A stretch of 61,020 nt of DNA, taken from positions 1-61,020 of the forward strand of contig JAIVGO010000099.1 of the NCBI GenBank assembly GCA_020201525.1, written 5' to 3'. The position numbers were made by a program, and so were the translations under genes. Each line of letters starts with the position of its first letter. The first letter of the stretch is position 1. This DNA is from Actinomycetota bacterium (GTDB taxonomy: Bacteria > Actinomycetota > AC-67). Under the pieces are notes generated by a model. The model did no database searches and was not told where the DNA came from. It saw only the letters and a program-made list of their open reading frames with translations. This document shows positions 36,542 through 46,064 of the stretch, one piece after another.

Positions 36542-37492
36542 TCACCCCGCGAATACGAGCAACGTTTGCCACGCGACTGTGCCGCTTTTGGCAAGGTCGG
36601 CGGCGCGGACGATTCCAATGCGATCTCTCGCCGTATGCACCGTTGGATTGTCTCCGGACCACAGCCACGCGACGGGAACGCCGTCGTATTCGAAGAGAAG
36701 GCTGTCGCTGAAGAATTTAGTGACGAGGTTCTCGCGCGCCGGGATCTTCAGCCGGTGCGCTTGCCCGAGCGTGACGTCGAGCAAGCGCCGGCTCGCGCCG
36801 GCACGGTGGTGACAGACCAGCACGACGGGTCCGTTAGCGACCATGTCGATGTTGAGGACGCCTTTGAGCGACCGCCGTTCCGTGCCGGAAAGGCTCTTCA
36901 AATACCTCCGGGAGCCGAACAAGGCGCCGCTCGGCCCTTTGAAGCGCCGTTCTTCTCCCGTGAACTCGACGAAGACGGCCGGCAGCCGCGTCTTTCGAAG
37001 CGAGGCGAGGCGCGCAAGCTCGATGATCGTCGCCGCTCCGGATCCGTTGTCGTTCGCGCCCGGGGACGGTACGACCGTATCCAAGTGACCGCCGACCACA
37101 ACGTGCGGCTGAGCCGGATCGTAGTCCTGCGGATACGCGATCACGTTGACCGAGGTGCCCGCCCCGACGGGAACTTTTTCGCTCGTGCCGGCGGGAATCG
37201 CCACGCGCTGCCGCACGACATGGTAGCCGTACGACGTGAGTTGGGCTGCAGCGTATTCGGCGGCGCGGACATACGCGGCCGATGCCGCTTCGCGCGAGCC
37301 GATTCGCACGCTGAAAACACGGTCGTGCTCGATCGCGCGCGCTGCTTCGAACCGAACGAGCACCGGCTTAGGCGACGGTGCCGGCGTCGGACCCGGCGAC
37401 GGTCCAGACGTCGTCGCCACCACACGTGGGACCGTGTTCGTGCACGCGCCGGCGACGAGCATCGCGACAACGCACACCAGCTTACGATTCAC
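36542..37492 (-). CDS. M28-family aminopeptidase lipoprotein
   Basis: Start GTG 37492 follows GGGAGG. The lipobox reads VNRKLVCVVAMLVAGAC. Zinc-ligand regions GGHLDTV, ANDNGSG and FTGEE are present. The start overlaps the upstream stop (GTGA). Confidence 0.75.
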   Translation of the reverse strand: MNRKLVCVVAMLVAGACTNTVPRVVATTSGPSPGPTPAPSPKPVLVRFEAARAIEHDRVFSVRIGSREAASAAYVRAAEYAAAQLTSYGYHVVRQRVAIPAGTSEKVPVGAGTSVNVIAYPQDYDPAQPHVVVGGHLDTVVPSPGANDNGSGAATIIELARLASLRKTRLPAVFVEFTGEERRFKGPSGALFGSRRYLKSLSGTERRSLKGVLNIDMVANGPVVLVCHHRAGASRRLLDVTLGQAHRLKIPARENLVTKFFSDSLLFEYDGVPVAWLWSGDNPTVHTARDRIGIVRAADLAKSGTVAWQTLLVFAG

Positions 37493-37989
37493 GCAGCCTC
37501 CCTTCGCGCCGCGCGAGCACGCGCCAAAAGAATCGCCGAAGCGACGGCCACCACACCGCCGCCCGCCACGACTACCCACAAGCCGGGCCCTGGCCGTGCC
37601 GCAAACCGCGCGGAGATCGCCGACGGGTCGAGCGTCCCGCGGCCTTCCAGCAACCGCGCGACGACGGAGCCGGACGCCGCTTTCACGTTGCTCCAGTACG
37701 CTCCCGCGATGGCGGCCGCGCCGAGCGCCACCGCTCCGCCGAGGACGGGCAAGTCCCGGCCGGGCAGGCGAAGCGAGGCAATGAAAAATGCGAGCGCCAG
37801 CACGCCGAGAAGGAGCGTCAGCTTTCCGTTCGCTTCGAGACCGCCCACCGTCACCGTCGTCACGCCGATCGGAACGGTAGCCCACGTCAGCGCGCTGCCG
37901 GTCACAATGCCGATGCAACCGAGCACGCCCGCCATTGCAGCGTTGTCCTCGGTGATATCGAGGACGAGCGGTCGCCGGGTCTTAGGCAT
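37489..37989 (-). CDS. small hypothetical membrane protein
   Basis: Start ATG 37989 (MPKTRRPLVL), 166 aa, with about four TM helices. It overlaps the upstream gene by 8 nt. Confidence 0.5.
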   Translation of the reverse strand: MPKTRRPLVLDITEDNAAMAGVLGCIGIVTGSALTWATVPIGVTTVTVGGLEANGKLTLLLGVLALAFFIASLRLPGRDLPVLGGAVALGAAAIAGAYWSNVKAASGSVVARLLEGRGTLDPSAISARFAARPGPGLWVVVAGGGVVAVASAILLARARAARREAA

Positions 37990-38530
37990 CGAACGGCTTC
38001 GGCTCGAAAGGGCCTTCGCTTTCAGCGCTTTGAGCCGGCGGTCCCTCCGGCAACCGAATCCCGGTGGCGAATCGCGAGGCATTCCATGCGCTCAGTATGC
38101 CGCCGAGCATGAGCGCCTCGCCGAAGAAGGCCGGCGCGATCGCACCAAGTTGCCGTTCGGGCCTGGAAAATCCGGCCTCGGCGCGGGCTCGCGCCGGAGC
38201 GCCAATCGTCACGACGACCGATGACATGACGGCAACGACGACGAGAGCAAAAGCTGCCGGCAAAAGAATCCTTCGAGCGCGCGTGTGCGCGAGCCACGCG
38301 ACGGCAAGCAACAGCGTGCCGAAAACGGCGCACGCCACAATCGCACCGCCGCCGAGATCGGTTGCAGAGAGACGTGATGTGCCGGCGGGAATGCGCGTGG
38401 GCTGCCCGCCTTCTATAACGGCGAACAATTTCGAGGTTACCCACGAGGCACGTCCCGCAACTATCACGATCACTCCCCCGGCAACGGCGGCGGAGATCCC
38501 CCCGTGCAGCCGTGACGAACGTTGCGTCAA
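37982..38530 (-). CDS. Trp-operon-associated membrane protein (Rv1610 / TIGR02234-like by position and topology)
   Basis: 182 aa. The TTG start overlaps the trpE stop (TTGA). The protein has hydrophobic helices and occupies the same position after trpE as the conserved membrane protein in Mycobacterium. Confidence 0.55.
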   Translation of the reverse strand: MTQRSSRLHGGISAAVAGGVIVIVAGRASWVTSKLFAVIEGGQPTRIPAGTSRLSATDLGGGAIVACAVFGTLLLAVAWLAHTRARRILLPAAFALVVVAVMSSVVVTIGAPARARAEAGFSRPERQLGAIAPAFFGEALMLGGILSAWNASRFATGIRLPEGPPAQSAESEGPFEPKPFDA

Positions 38531-40032
38531 AGTTCCTCGGCGGCTTTCACGGCGGCGAGTAACGCCCGCGCTTTGGATCTTGTCTCTTGCTCTTCGGTCT
38601 CCGGGACGGAATCGGCGACGATTCCTGCCCCCGCTTGGACATACGCTTTGCCTCCGGCGATGAGCGCGGTACGCAATGTGATGCAGGTATCGATGTTTCC
38701 CGAGAAGTCGAAGTAGCCGATCGCGCCGGCGTATGGACCGCGCCGGACGGGCTCGAGCTCCTCAATGATCTGCATCGCGCGAATCTTCGGCGCGCCGGAT
38801 ACGGTTCCCGCCGGAAAGGCGGCCTTGAACGCGTCGAACGCGTTTCGCCCTTCGGCAAGCCGTCCGCGGACCTCCGACACAATGTGCATCACGTGCGAAT
38901 AGCGTTCGACTTGCATAAGATCTTCGACGCGCACGGTTCCCGGCTCACACACACGGCCTAGGTCGTTGCGCGCCAAATCGACGAGCATGACGTGTTCCGC
39001 GCGCTCTTTCTCATCCGCGAGCAGCTCCTCGGCAAGCTTGGCATCCTCGTCGGGGGACGCTCCACGCGGGCGAGTCCCGGCAATCGGACGCGACACCACT
39101 TCGTCGCCGACGACTTTCAAGAACGGCTCCGGCGACGAGCACACGAGGGACAGCTCCGGAAAGCGAAGGAATGTCATGTACGGGCTCGGATTGATGAGCC
39201 GCAACACGCGGTACACGTCAAAGGGATCCGCACCACACTCGGCTTCGAATCTCTGCGAGGGGACGACTTGAAAGATCTCCCCGTCCCCGATTCGATCCTT
39301 CGCACTCTCGACGGCACGTTCGTATTCCTCCGGCGTCATGGTCGAGCGAAGATCGCCGGGCGTGGCGTCGAGCGGCGGAGAGACCGCCCGCGAGTGCGTC
39401 GGCGTGGCCGCCAGGCGCCCGACCAGCGCTTCGCCTGCCGCAACCGCCTCGTCGTATTGACGCGCCGGGTCGTCGCCGATGACGACGTTGCTGATCACGG
39501 TGAGCCTCTGCCGTAGATGATCGAAGACCAGCAACCGCCCGGTGAACAGCATCCACATCTCCGGGAATCCCAGATCGTCCGGCTTCGTTTTCGTCAACCG
39601 CTCCACGTAGTGGACGGCGTCGTACCCGATGTATCCGACGGCGCCGCCGTGCAGCGGCGGCAGGCCGGGAAGCACCGGCGCACGGTACGCCGACACGGCT
39701 CGCTCCAAAGCGACGAGCGGATCCGGTGCGTCGGCTGCTCCCGGCGGCGGGTCGCCGCCCCACTCGATCGCCCCGCCTCGACTCGCCATCGAAAGGAACG
39801 GATCGACGCCGATGAAGGAATAGCGCCCCCAGCGCTCTCCATGCTCGACCGACTCCAGCAGGAACGAATTCGATTCCGCGCCGAGCTTTCGGTAGGCGCC
39901 GACGGGCGTCTCGAGGTCGCCGAGCACCTCCCGCCACACGGGAACGAGCGTGTGCGAGCGCGCCAGCTCCAGGAACTCCTCACGCGTCGGTGAATAGGCG
40001 CCGCTCACCGCGTCACCGTCCGGTAGAAGCAC
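38527..40032 (-). CDS. trpE: anthranilate synthase component I
   Basis: 501 aa with the [16 protein letters not shown] Trp-feedback region and the chorismate-binding C-terminus ([15 protein letters not shown]...[10 protein letters not shown]). An alternative GTG 40008 overlaps the hisI stop (GTGA). Confidence 0.95.
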   Translation of the reverse strand: MLLPDGDAVSGAYSPTREEFLELARSHTLVPVWREVLGDLETPVGAYRKLGAESNSFLLESVEHGERWGRYSFIGVDPFLSMASRGGAIEWGGDPPPGAADAPDPLVALERAVSAYRAPVLPGLPPLHGGAVGYIGYDAVHYVERLTKTKPDDLGFPEMWMLFTGRLLVFDHLRQRLTVISNVVIGDDPARQYDEAVAAGEALVGRLAATPTHSRAVSPPLDATPGDLRSTMTPEEYERAVESAKDRIGDGEIFQVVPSQRFEAECGADPFDVYRVLRLINPSPYMTFLRFPELSLVCSSPEPFLKVVGDEVVSRPIAGTRPRGASPDEDAKLAEELLADEKERAEHVMLVDLARNDLGRVCEPGTVRVEDLMQVERYSHVMHIVSEVRGRLAEGRNAFDAFKAAFPAGTVSGAPKIRAMQIIEELEPVRRGPYAGAIGYFDFSGNIDTCITLRTALIAGGKAYVQAGAGIVADSVPETEEQETRSKARALLAAVKAAEEL

Positions 40033-40328
40033 GTTCGCTCACCCGTGTGGCACGCGGGCCCGGCGGCATCGACTTTCACCAAGAGCGTGTCGCCGTCGCA
40101 GTCGTAACGAACTTCCATCACCCGCTGAGTGTTACCCGACGTCGCCCCCTTATTCCAGAGCTCTTGACGCGACCGGCTCCAAAACCACGTCACGCCCGAA
40201 TCCAAGGTTCGCTTCAGGGACTCGGCGTTCATCCAGGCGACCATGAGCACCTCGCCGGTGTCGTGCTGCTGCACGACGGCCGGCACCAAGCCTCGCTCGT
40301 CGTACTTGATGTCGTCGAGCGCGCTCAT
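40005..40328 (-). CDS. hisI: phosphoribosyl-AMP cyclohydrolase
   Basis: 107 aa with [22 protein letters not shown]...WFWSRSR..LW.KG.TSGN...CDGDTLL...GPACHTG. Confidence 0.93.
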   Translation of the reverse strand: MSALDDIKYDERGLVPAVVQQHDTGEVLMVAWMNAESLKRTLDSGVTWFWSRSRQELWNKGATSGNTQRVMEVRYDCDGDTLLVKVDAAGPACHTGERTCFYRTVTR

Positions 40329-40353
40329 AGCGGCGACCTTCTCATACTCGTCG

Positions 40354-41115
40354 TCATGTGCGTGCTACCCACACCATTTCGCGTGACTCCTGCGTAAACG
40401 GACGCTCGTCGAACCAACCATACAACGCCTCGATCTCGAAGCCGGCGCGAATGAGCAAGTGCTCCATCTCGTACCGGTGAATCATTCGAAGCTCGACAAA
40501 CGCTTCTTGAACATCCACGAGCCGGTCTCCTTCGTACGTGTCGCACATCGCTTTCAAGTGAAGCGCCTGCGTCGCTATCTCGTACCGGGGCTCGTGCCAG
40601 AGCTCGTTACGGCGGCCATGCTCGTCCGTAAACTCGTCGATTAGCCGGCGCTTGCCTTCGAACCCGACGATGTATTCCGGGTCCGGCACGAAGACATTCA
40701 ATGCGAGGCGTCCTCCCGGCCGGAGCGAACGCCTGGCGCTTGCGAGGCAGCCGAGCTGATCGTCGGTCGTCGCCATGTGCAGGAACGAGCGAAACGGGAT
40801 CGTCACGAGACCGACCGGCGGATCGGCCACGAACGACTTCATGTCCTCGTGCATCCACGTGATTCTGTTCCCGACGCCGGCGTCCTCTGCGCGGCGCTTT
40901 CCTTCCGTCAGCATCGCTTCGGAGACGTCCACGCCGATCACGTCGACGCCCGCGAGCGAGATGGGTATCGCAATACGACCCGCCCCAACGCCGAGCTCGA
41001 CGATCGGCCCGCCGGCATCGAGGGCCAGCTTCGTATAGAACTCGATGTCGCCCTCCATCTGCGGCGACCAGTCGTTGTAGAAGCCGACGAAGGCCAGATA
41101 CGGGTCGACGCTCAC
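40354..41115 (-). CDS. class I SAM-dependent methyltransferase
   Basis: 253 aa with motif [16 protein letters not shown] and motif post-[12 protein letters not shown]. It shares a 4-nt overlap with hisF. Confidence 0.85.
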   Translation of the reverse strand: MSVDPYLAFVGFYNDWSPQMEGDIEFYTKLALDAGGPIVELGVGAGRIAIPISLAGVDVIGVDVSEAMLTEGKRRAEDAGVGNRITWMHEDMKSFVADPPVGLVTIPFRSFLHMATTDDQLGCLASARRSLRPGGRLALNVFVPDPEYIVGFEGKRRLIDEFTDEHGRRNELWHEPRYEIATQALHLKAMCDTYEGDRLVDVQEAFVELRMIHRYEMEHLLIRAGFEIEALYGWFDERPFTQESREMVWVART

Positions 41116-41795
41116 CGGACGGGAACTCCTTGGGCCTCGCAGAAGCGTTTCACGTCGGCGATGCGCATCTCACCGAAATGGAACACGCTCGCCGCGAGTG
41201 CCGCATCCGCGTGCCCGCCCGTGAGGGCTTCGACGAAGTGACTCGGCTCGCCGGCGCCGCCGCTCGCGATGACGGGAACGCCCACCGCGTCTGCCACGGC
41301 GCGCGTCAGCGCCAGGTCGTAACCATCCTTCGTCCCGTCGCGATCCATGCTCGTGAGAAGAATTTCGCCCGCCCCAAGCTTCGCCGTCGCCCGCTCCGCC
41401 CAGGCGACGGCATCGATGCCCGTCGGCGTCCGGCCGCCTTCGATGACGACTTCCCATCCCCCGTCCGAGCGGCGGGCGTCGATGGCGATCACCACGCACT
41501 GCGATCCGAAATCGCCGGATGAATGCTCGAGAATTTCGGGGTCTCGCACGGCAGCAGTGTTCAGCGAAACTTTGTCGGCGCCGGCGCGCAGCATCTTGCG
41601 CACGTCCCCAGCGCTCCGCACACCGCCGCCCACCGTCAGCGGAATGAAGACTTGCTCCGCCGTACGCGCGACGACGTCGACCATCGTCTCGCGCTTGTCC
41701 GACGACGCAGTGATGTCGAGGAACACGAGCTCGTCGGCACCTTCGCGGTCGTATACCGCGGCACAGGGCCTTGCCGATAATGACGCCTTCTGCAC
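41112..41795 (-). CDS. hisF: imidazole glycerol phosphate synthase cyclase subunit HisF, N-terminally truncated (possible pseudogene or assembly artefact)
   Basis: HisF homology begins abruptly at about 41762 ([21 protein letters not shown]) and then runs normally to the C-terminus (AASVFHFGE). The first ~35 residues, including beta-1, are absent. The first ~11 residues of the track ORF are out-of-frame hisA sequence. Confidence 0.7.
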   Translation of the reverse strand: MQKASLSARPCAAVYDREGADELVFLDITASSDKRETMVDVVARTAEQVFIPLTVGGGVRSAGDVRKMLRAGADKVSLNTAAVRDPEILEHSSGDFGSQCVVIAIDARRSDGGWEVVIEGGRTPTGIDAVAWAERATAKLGAGEILLTSMDRDGTKDGYDLALTRAVADAVGVPVIASGGAGEPSHFVEALTGGHADAALAASVFHFGEMRIADVKRFCEAQGVPVR

Positions 41796-42426
41796 CGATC
41801 GTCGCCAGCGCCGTCAGATCGCCGAGCGACGACACGCCACCGCTCGCGACGACGGCCGCGTCAGTCTGCTCCGTGACGTCCTGCAACAGCTGCAAGTTGG
41901 GGCCGCTCAACATTCCGTCCCGCGAGACATCCGTGACGACGAAACGCCGGACGCCGGCGGCCGTGAGCCGGTCGAGGGTCTCCCAGAGGTTGCCGGCATC
42001 TTCGGTCCAGCCGCGCGCTTGCAGCCGGTCGCCGCGCACGTCGAGGCCGACCGCGATCGCGTCGCCGTGTAGCGATGCAGCGCGCTCTGCGAAACCGGGA
42101 TCGAGCAGCGCCCCGGTTCCCAGCACCACTCGTTTTGCCCCGGCGCCGAGCGCGGCCGTGATTGCTTCCGCGTCGCGAATTCCGCCCGACGCCTGGACGT
42201 TCAATCCGACGCTCTGAATGATTTCGGCTACGGTGTCTCGGTTGCGCGGGACTCCTTCGAGCGCAGCATCCAAGTCCACGACGTGAATCCATCCGGCACC
42301 GTCGGCCGCGAACTGCTTCGCGACAGAAACCGGATCGTCGTCGTACACCGTCTCGCGCGCGAAATCACCTTGCGCGAGGCGAACACAGCGCCCACCGCGT
42401 ATGTCGATCGCCGGGAGCACGATCAC
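41764..42426 (-). CDS. hisA: HisA/PriA-type ProFAR isomerase, C-terminally disrupted (possible pseudogene or assembly artefact)
   Basis: GTG 42426 overlaps the hisH stop. Normal HisA sequence runs for 221 codons ([10 protein letters not shown]...[10 protein letters not shown]...GVIIGKAL). The frame then continues into hisF DNA out of frame, with no stop until 41170. Confidence 0.7.
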
Positions 42427-43034
42427 GCCGACGCGCACTCCTTCACGAAATTCTCGAGCACACCGAGCCCCGCCTCGCCCGACTTCTCGGGGTGAAATTG
42501 AACGGCCGTCATCGCCCCGCGGGCAACGCCGCACGCAAACTCGACCCCGTGGTCGGTCCACGCGACGGCGTCCTGGGATTCCGCTTCCGGTGCGTATGAG
42601 TGATCGAAATAGAAGTACGTCCCGTCGTCGATGCCGGCAAACGCCGGCACGCCGGCGCGGAATCGAACGCGATTCCAACCGATGTGCGGCACCTTGACCG
42701 TGTCGGGAAGCCGCCGAACAATGCCGGGAATCAAGCCGAGACCTTCGGTTGCGGCTGCCTCTTCGCTACCCTCGAACAAGATCTGCAGTCCCAAGCAGAT
42801 GCCCAGGAACGGCCGGTCGTCGAGAATCCATTCCCGTAACGCGTCGACGGAATCGGCACGCTCGAGTCCGATGCGGCATGCGCCGAACGCCCCTTGGCCG
42901 GGGACGACGACACCTTCGGAGTCGATGCCGTCGATCGTGGTGACCAAGTCGACGTCCGCACCGGCGCGTTCGAGCGCCTTCTCGACGCTGCGCAAGTTTC
43001 CCATGCCGTAATCCAGGAGAGCGAGACGCGTCAC
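42423..43034 (-). CDS. hisH: imidazole glycerol phosphate synthase glutamine amidotransferase subunit
   Basis: 203 aa with the nucleophile region LGICLGLQIL and the C-terminal VQFHPEKSG. Confidence 0.95.
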   Translation of the reverse strand: MTRLALLDYGMGNLRSVEKALERAGADVDLVTTIDGIDSEGVVVPGQGAFGACRIGLERADSVDALREWILDDRPFLGICLGLQILFEGSEEAAATEGLGLIPGIVRRLPDTVKVPHIGWNRVRFRAGVPAFAGIDDGTYFYFDHSYAPEAESQDAVAWTDHGVEFACGVARGAMTAVQFHPEKSGEAGLGVLENFVKECASA

Positions 43035-43648
43035 AACGTCCCTTTCGTCGAGGGAACGCCGCGCCCGGGGACTTTCGCGACCGCATCGCCCAGCGCGCGC
43101 GCAACGGCCTTGAACTCTGCCTCAACGATGTGGTGCGGGTTCTTTCCGGCGATCAGGCGCACGTGAATCGTCACGCCGGCTGCCTGACAAAACGCGCGCA
43201 GGAACTCCTCCGTCAGCCTCGTGTCGTAGTTGGTGCCGATGACTTTTGCCTTCGCATCAACGTCGTGCGCCAAGTAAGGACGAGACGACAAGTCGAGGGC
43301 CACCTGCACGAGAGCTTCGTCGAGCGGGATCGTCGCCGCGCCGAAGCGGCGAATATCGCTCTTGTCACCAAGCGCTTTCGCAACGGCTTCCCCGACGGCG
43401 ATGCCCGTGTCTTCGACCGTGTGGTGCGCGTCGACGTCGAGATCCCCACGCGCCTTCACGCTCAAGTCGAACCCGGCGTGCTTACCGAGCTGCTCGAGCA
43501 TGTGGTCGAAAAAGGCGATTCCCGTTTTCGCACTCGATTTGCCCGTACCATCGAGGGCGAGCGTGACGGTGACGTCGACCTCTTTCGTCGTGCGCGTGAC
43601 GGTTGCCGTGCGATCCTTCGCTCGCTGCGCCGGCTTACGTGCGGGCAT
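43031..43648 (-). CDS. hisB: imidazoleglycerol-phosphate dehydratase
   Basis: 205 aa with GIAFFDHMLEQL, DAHHTVEDTGIA and NPHHIVEAEFKA motifs. Confidence 0.95.
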   Translation of the reverse strand: MPARKPAQRAKDRTATVTRTTKEVDVTVTLALDGTGKSSAKTGIAFFDHMLEQLGKHAGFDLSVKARGDLDVDAHHTVEDTGIAVGEAVAKALGDKSDIRRFGAATIPLDEALVQVALDLSSRPYLAHDVDAKAKVIGTNYDTRLTEEFLRAFCQAAGVTIHVRLIAGKNPHHIVEAEFKAVARALGDAVAKVPGRGVPSTKGTL

Positions 43649-44708
43649 CGGTCAGAACCCTCCTCAGCGTCTCGACGAACGTCAGATTTTGGTCGGCGGT
43701 TCCGACCGTGACGCGCAAGCACCCGGGAATCATCGTCGAAAAGTCGCGCACCAGGACGCCGGCGTCCGCAAGGCTTTTCCAGAGCTTCGTGCCTTCGATG
43801 GAGGTGCGGAACAGCAAGAAGTTTGCAGCCGAGGGGAACACCTCAACCCCAGGCACACGCTCCATCTCTTTTGCGAGACGGTCGCGCTCGGCAATGATCT
43901 CGTCGATTGCAGCAAGAGATTGCGGCGCATGTTTGATCGCGATCTCGGCGCAGGCTTGCGACAGCGCCGACAGGTGATACGGGAGCCGGGCAACTTGAAT
44001 GGCTTCGACGAGCCATGGGTGCGCCAGCAGGTATCCGAGCCGTGCGCCGGCGAGACGCCACGACTTCGAAAACGACCGCACGATGCCCAGGCGGTCGTAT
44101 TTGCCGAGGAACGTCGTCGCACTCTCGCCGCCGAATTCTCCGTACGCCTCATCCGACAGCACGATTCCGGGACCCGATTCGAGAGCCGCCGCGACGGCGG
44201 CGAGCGGCTGCGCCGTCCCGGTCGGGTTATTCGGCGAGCAGATAAACGTCACAGCAGGCTCCGATTCGCGAACGGCATCGGCGACCGCATTCGGATCCAA
44301 CACCCACGGCTCGGGAATAGTCACCGACACGACGTCGGTGCCGGTGACGTGAGCGATGTGCGTGTGCATCCCGTACGTCGGCTCGAAGACCACCGCGCGG
44401 CGACCCGGTCCGCCGAAAGCGAGGAGAACGGTTTGGATCACCTCGTTCGATCCGTTCGCCGGCCAAACTCCTGCGGAGGGCCAGGAAAAACGAGCACCGA
44501 GCGCTGCACGAAGCGCGGCTGCGTCACGATCGGGATAGCGGTTGAGTCCGGCGTTCACGATCCGCTCACCGAGCTCCTTCAGCACGGCGTCCGGCGGCGC
44601 ATAAGGCGATTCGTTCGTATTCAGCCGAACCGGTGCGTCGGCCTGCGGCGCGCGGTAGGGAGGAATCGCTCGCAGGTTGTCGCGGATCTCATACGGCCGC
44701 TCGGTCAC
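43635..44708 (-). CDS. hisC: histidinol-phosphate aminotransferase
   Basis: 357 aa. LNTNESPY and the PLP-lysine region RSFSKSWRLAGARLGY are present. Confidence 0.95.
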   Translation of the reverse strand: MTERPYEIRDNLRAIPPYRAPQADAPVRLNTNESPYAPPDAVLKELGERIVNAGLNRYPDRDAAALRAALGARFSWPSAGVWPANGSNEVIQTVLLAFGGPGRRAVVFEPTYGMHTHIAHVTGTDVVSVTIPEPWVLDPNAVADAVRESEPAVTFICSPNNPTGTAQPLAAVAAALESGPGIVLSDEAYGEFGGESATTFLGKYDRLGIVRSFSKSWRLAGARLGYLLAHPWLVEAIQVARLPYHLSALSQACAEIAIKHAPQSLAAIDEIIAERDRLAKEMERVPGVEVFPSAANFLLFRTSIEGTKLWKSLADAGVLVRDFSTMIPGCLRVTVGTADQNLTFVETLRRVLTDART

Positions 44709-45994
44709 GATAGCCGCACCTCTATCGCGCGAGCGTGTGCTGCGAGACCTTCCTCGGCGGCAATCGCCGTCAAAGCCGGAGCAAGATCTTCGATGCCGCT
44801 CTTTCCGAAGTTGATGACCGCCGTGGTCTTCACGAAATCGGAAACCCGCAGAGGGGACGCGAATCGTCCGGTACCGGCAGTCGGCAAAACGTGGTTCGTT
44901 CCCGCGACGTAGTCACCGAGTGCCACCGGCGAAAGGCCGCCGCAGAAGACCGCACCGGCGTTGCGCACGCGTGCAAGCGCAGCCTCCGGATCGTCGATGA
45001 CAAGCTCGAGGTGCTCCGGCGCGAACGCGTCGGCAATCGCAAGCGCGTGGTCGAGATCGTCGGCCAGCAACGCGTAACCTTGCCCGGAAAGTGCCCGGTC
45101 GACGGTGTCGCGCCGTAGCGCGCCAGCGGCTTCGCGAACAATTTCCTTCTGGACTGCGTCGATGAGTGATTGCGAGCTCGTGACGAGCACGCACAACGCG
45201 AGCGGATCGTGTTCGGCCTGCGCAACGAGATCGGCGGCGACAAACCGCGGATCCGCGCCGTCGTCGGCGACGATCACGATCTCGGTCGGTCCCGCAAAAC
45301 CGTCGACGCCGACGTCCATAGAAACTTCATGCTTCGCGAGCGTCACCCAGATCGATCCCGGGCCCACGATTTTGTCCACGCGCGAAATCGTTTCCGTTCC
45401 ATAGGCCAATGCGGCGATCGCTTGCGCTCCGCCGATTCGATACGCCTCCCCAACGCCCGCGATCGAAAGCGCAGTGAGTGTCGCCGGGTGCGGACGTCCG
45501 TCGGGACCGGGCGGCACGCAAACGGCGATCTCTTCGACGCCGGCAACCCGGGCCGGAATCGTCGTCATCAGGACCGTCGACGGATAGGCGGCCCGGCCGC
45601 CGGGAACGTAGCAACCGACCCGTCGTAGCGCGCGCGTTTCTTCGCCCACCCACGCCCCGTCCTGCCCGAGACGCCACCACGGTGCGCGCTCTTCCGCCAA
45701 TTGCCGCTCGTGATACGCACGAATGCGCTCGGCAGCCCGCTCGATGCCGGCGCGAAGCTGCAAGTTACAGGCGGCTGCTGCCTCGTCGATCTCGTCTGGC
45801 TCGATGCGCAACGAGTCGATGGTCGCCCCATCGAATCGGTGCGTGAGTGCCCGCACCGCCGCGTCCCCGTCCCGACGCACGTCGCCGATAACCTCGCGGA
45901 CCGAAAGACGGGCTTCGTCGAACGATTGGCGCGCGCGCGGGACGCGCGCCAGGGGGTCGCCCGAATACCCGCGTAGGTCGACAAAGGTGAGCAT
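44705..45994 (-). CDS. hisD: histidinol dehydrogenase
   Basis: 429 aa with YVPGGRAAYPSTVLM, AGPTEIVIVAD and QAEHDP motifs. Confidence 0.96.
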   Translation of the reverse strand: MLTFVDLRGYSGDPLARVPRARQSFDEARLSVREVIGDVRRDGDAAVRALTHRFDGATIDSLRIEPDEIDEAAAACNLQLRAGIERAAERIRAYHERQLAEERAPWWRLGQDGAWVGEETRALRRVGCYVPGGRAAYPSTVLMTTIPARVAGVEEIAVCVPPGPDGRPHPATLTALSIAGVGEAYRIGGAQAIAALAYGTETISRVDKIVGPGSIWVTLAKHEVSMDVGVDGFAGPTEIVIVADDGADPRFVAADLVAQAEHDPLALCVLVTSSQSLIDAVQKEIVREAAGALRRDTVDRALSGQGYALLADDLDHALAIADAFAPEHLELVIDDPEAALARVRNAGAVFCGGLSPVALGDYVAGTNHVLPTAGTGRFASPLRVSDFVKTTAVINFGKSGIEDLAPALTAIAAEEGLAAHARAIEVRLS

Positions 45995-46064
45995 GCCCGC
46001 AGGATTCTAGCCGAGGCGCCAGGCCCCGGTTCCGCCCTTTTCTTGTAATAGCAAAGCAAAAACG

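Noticed and set aside
36566-38224. 552-aa plus-strand ORF
   Set aside because: It is antisense to three coupled minus-strand genes, one being an M28 peptidase with zinc-ligand motifs. The translation is Arg/Ala/Pro-rich.
41170-42678. 502-aa ORF that spans the whole hisA-hisF region and extends upstream into the 3' end of hisH
   Set aside because: Only residues from GTG 42426 to about 41764 are HisA-like. The upstream part overlaps hisH out of frame, and the downstream part is hisF DNA read out of frame. I treat this as a junction anomaly, not as a real 502-aa protein.
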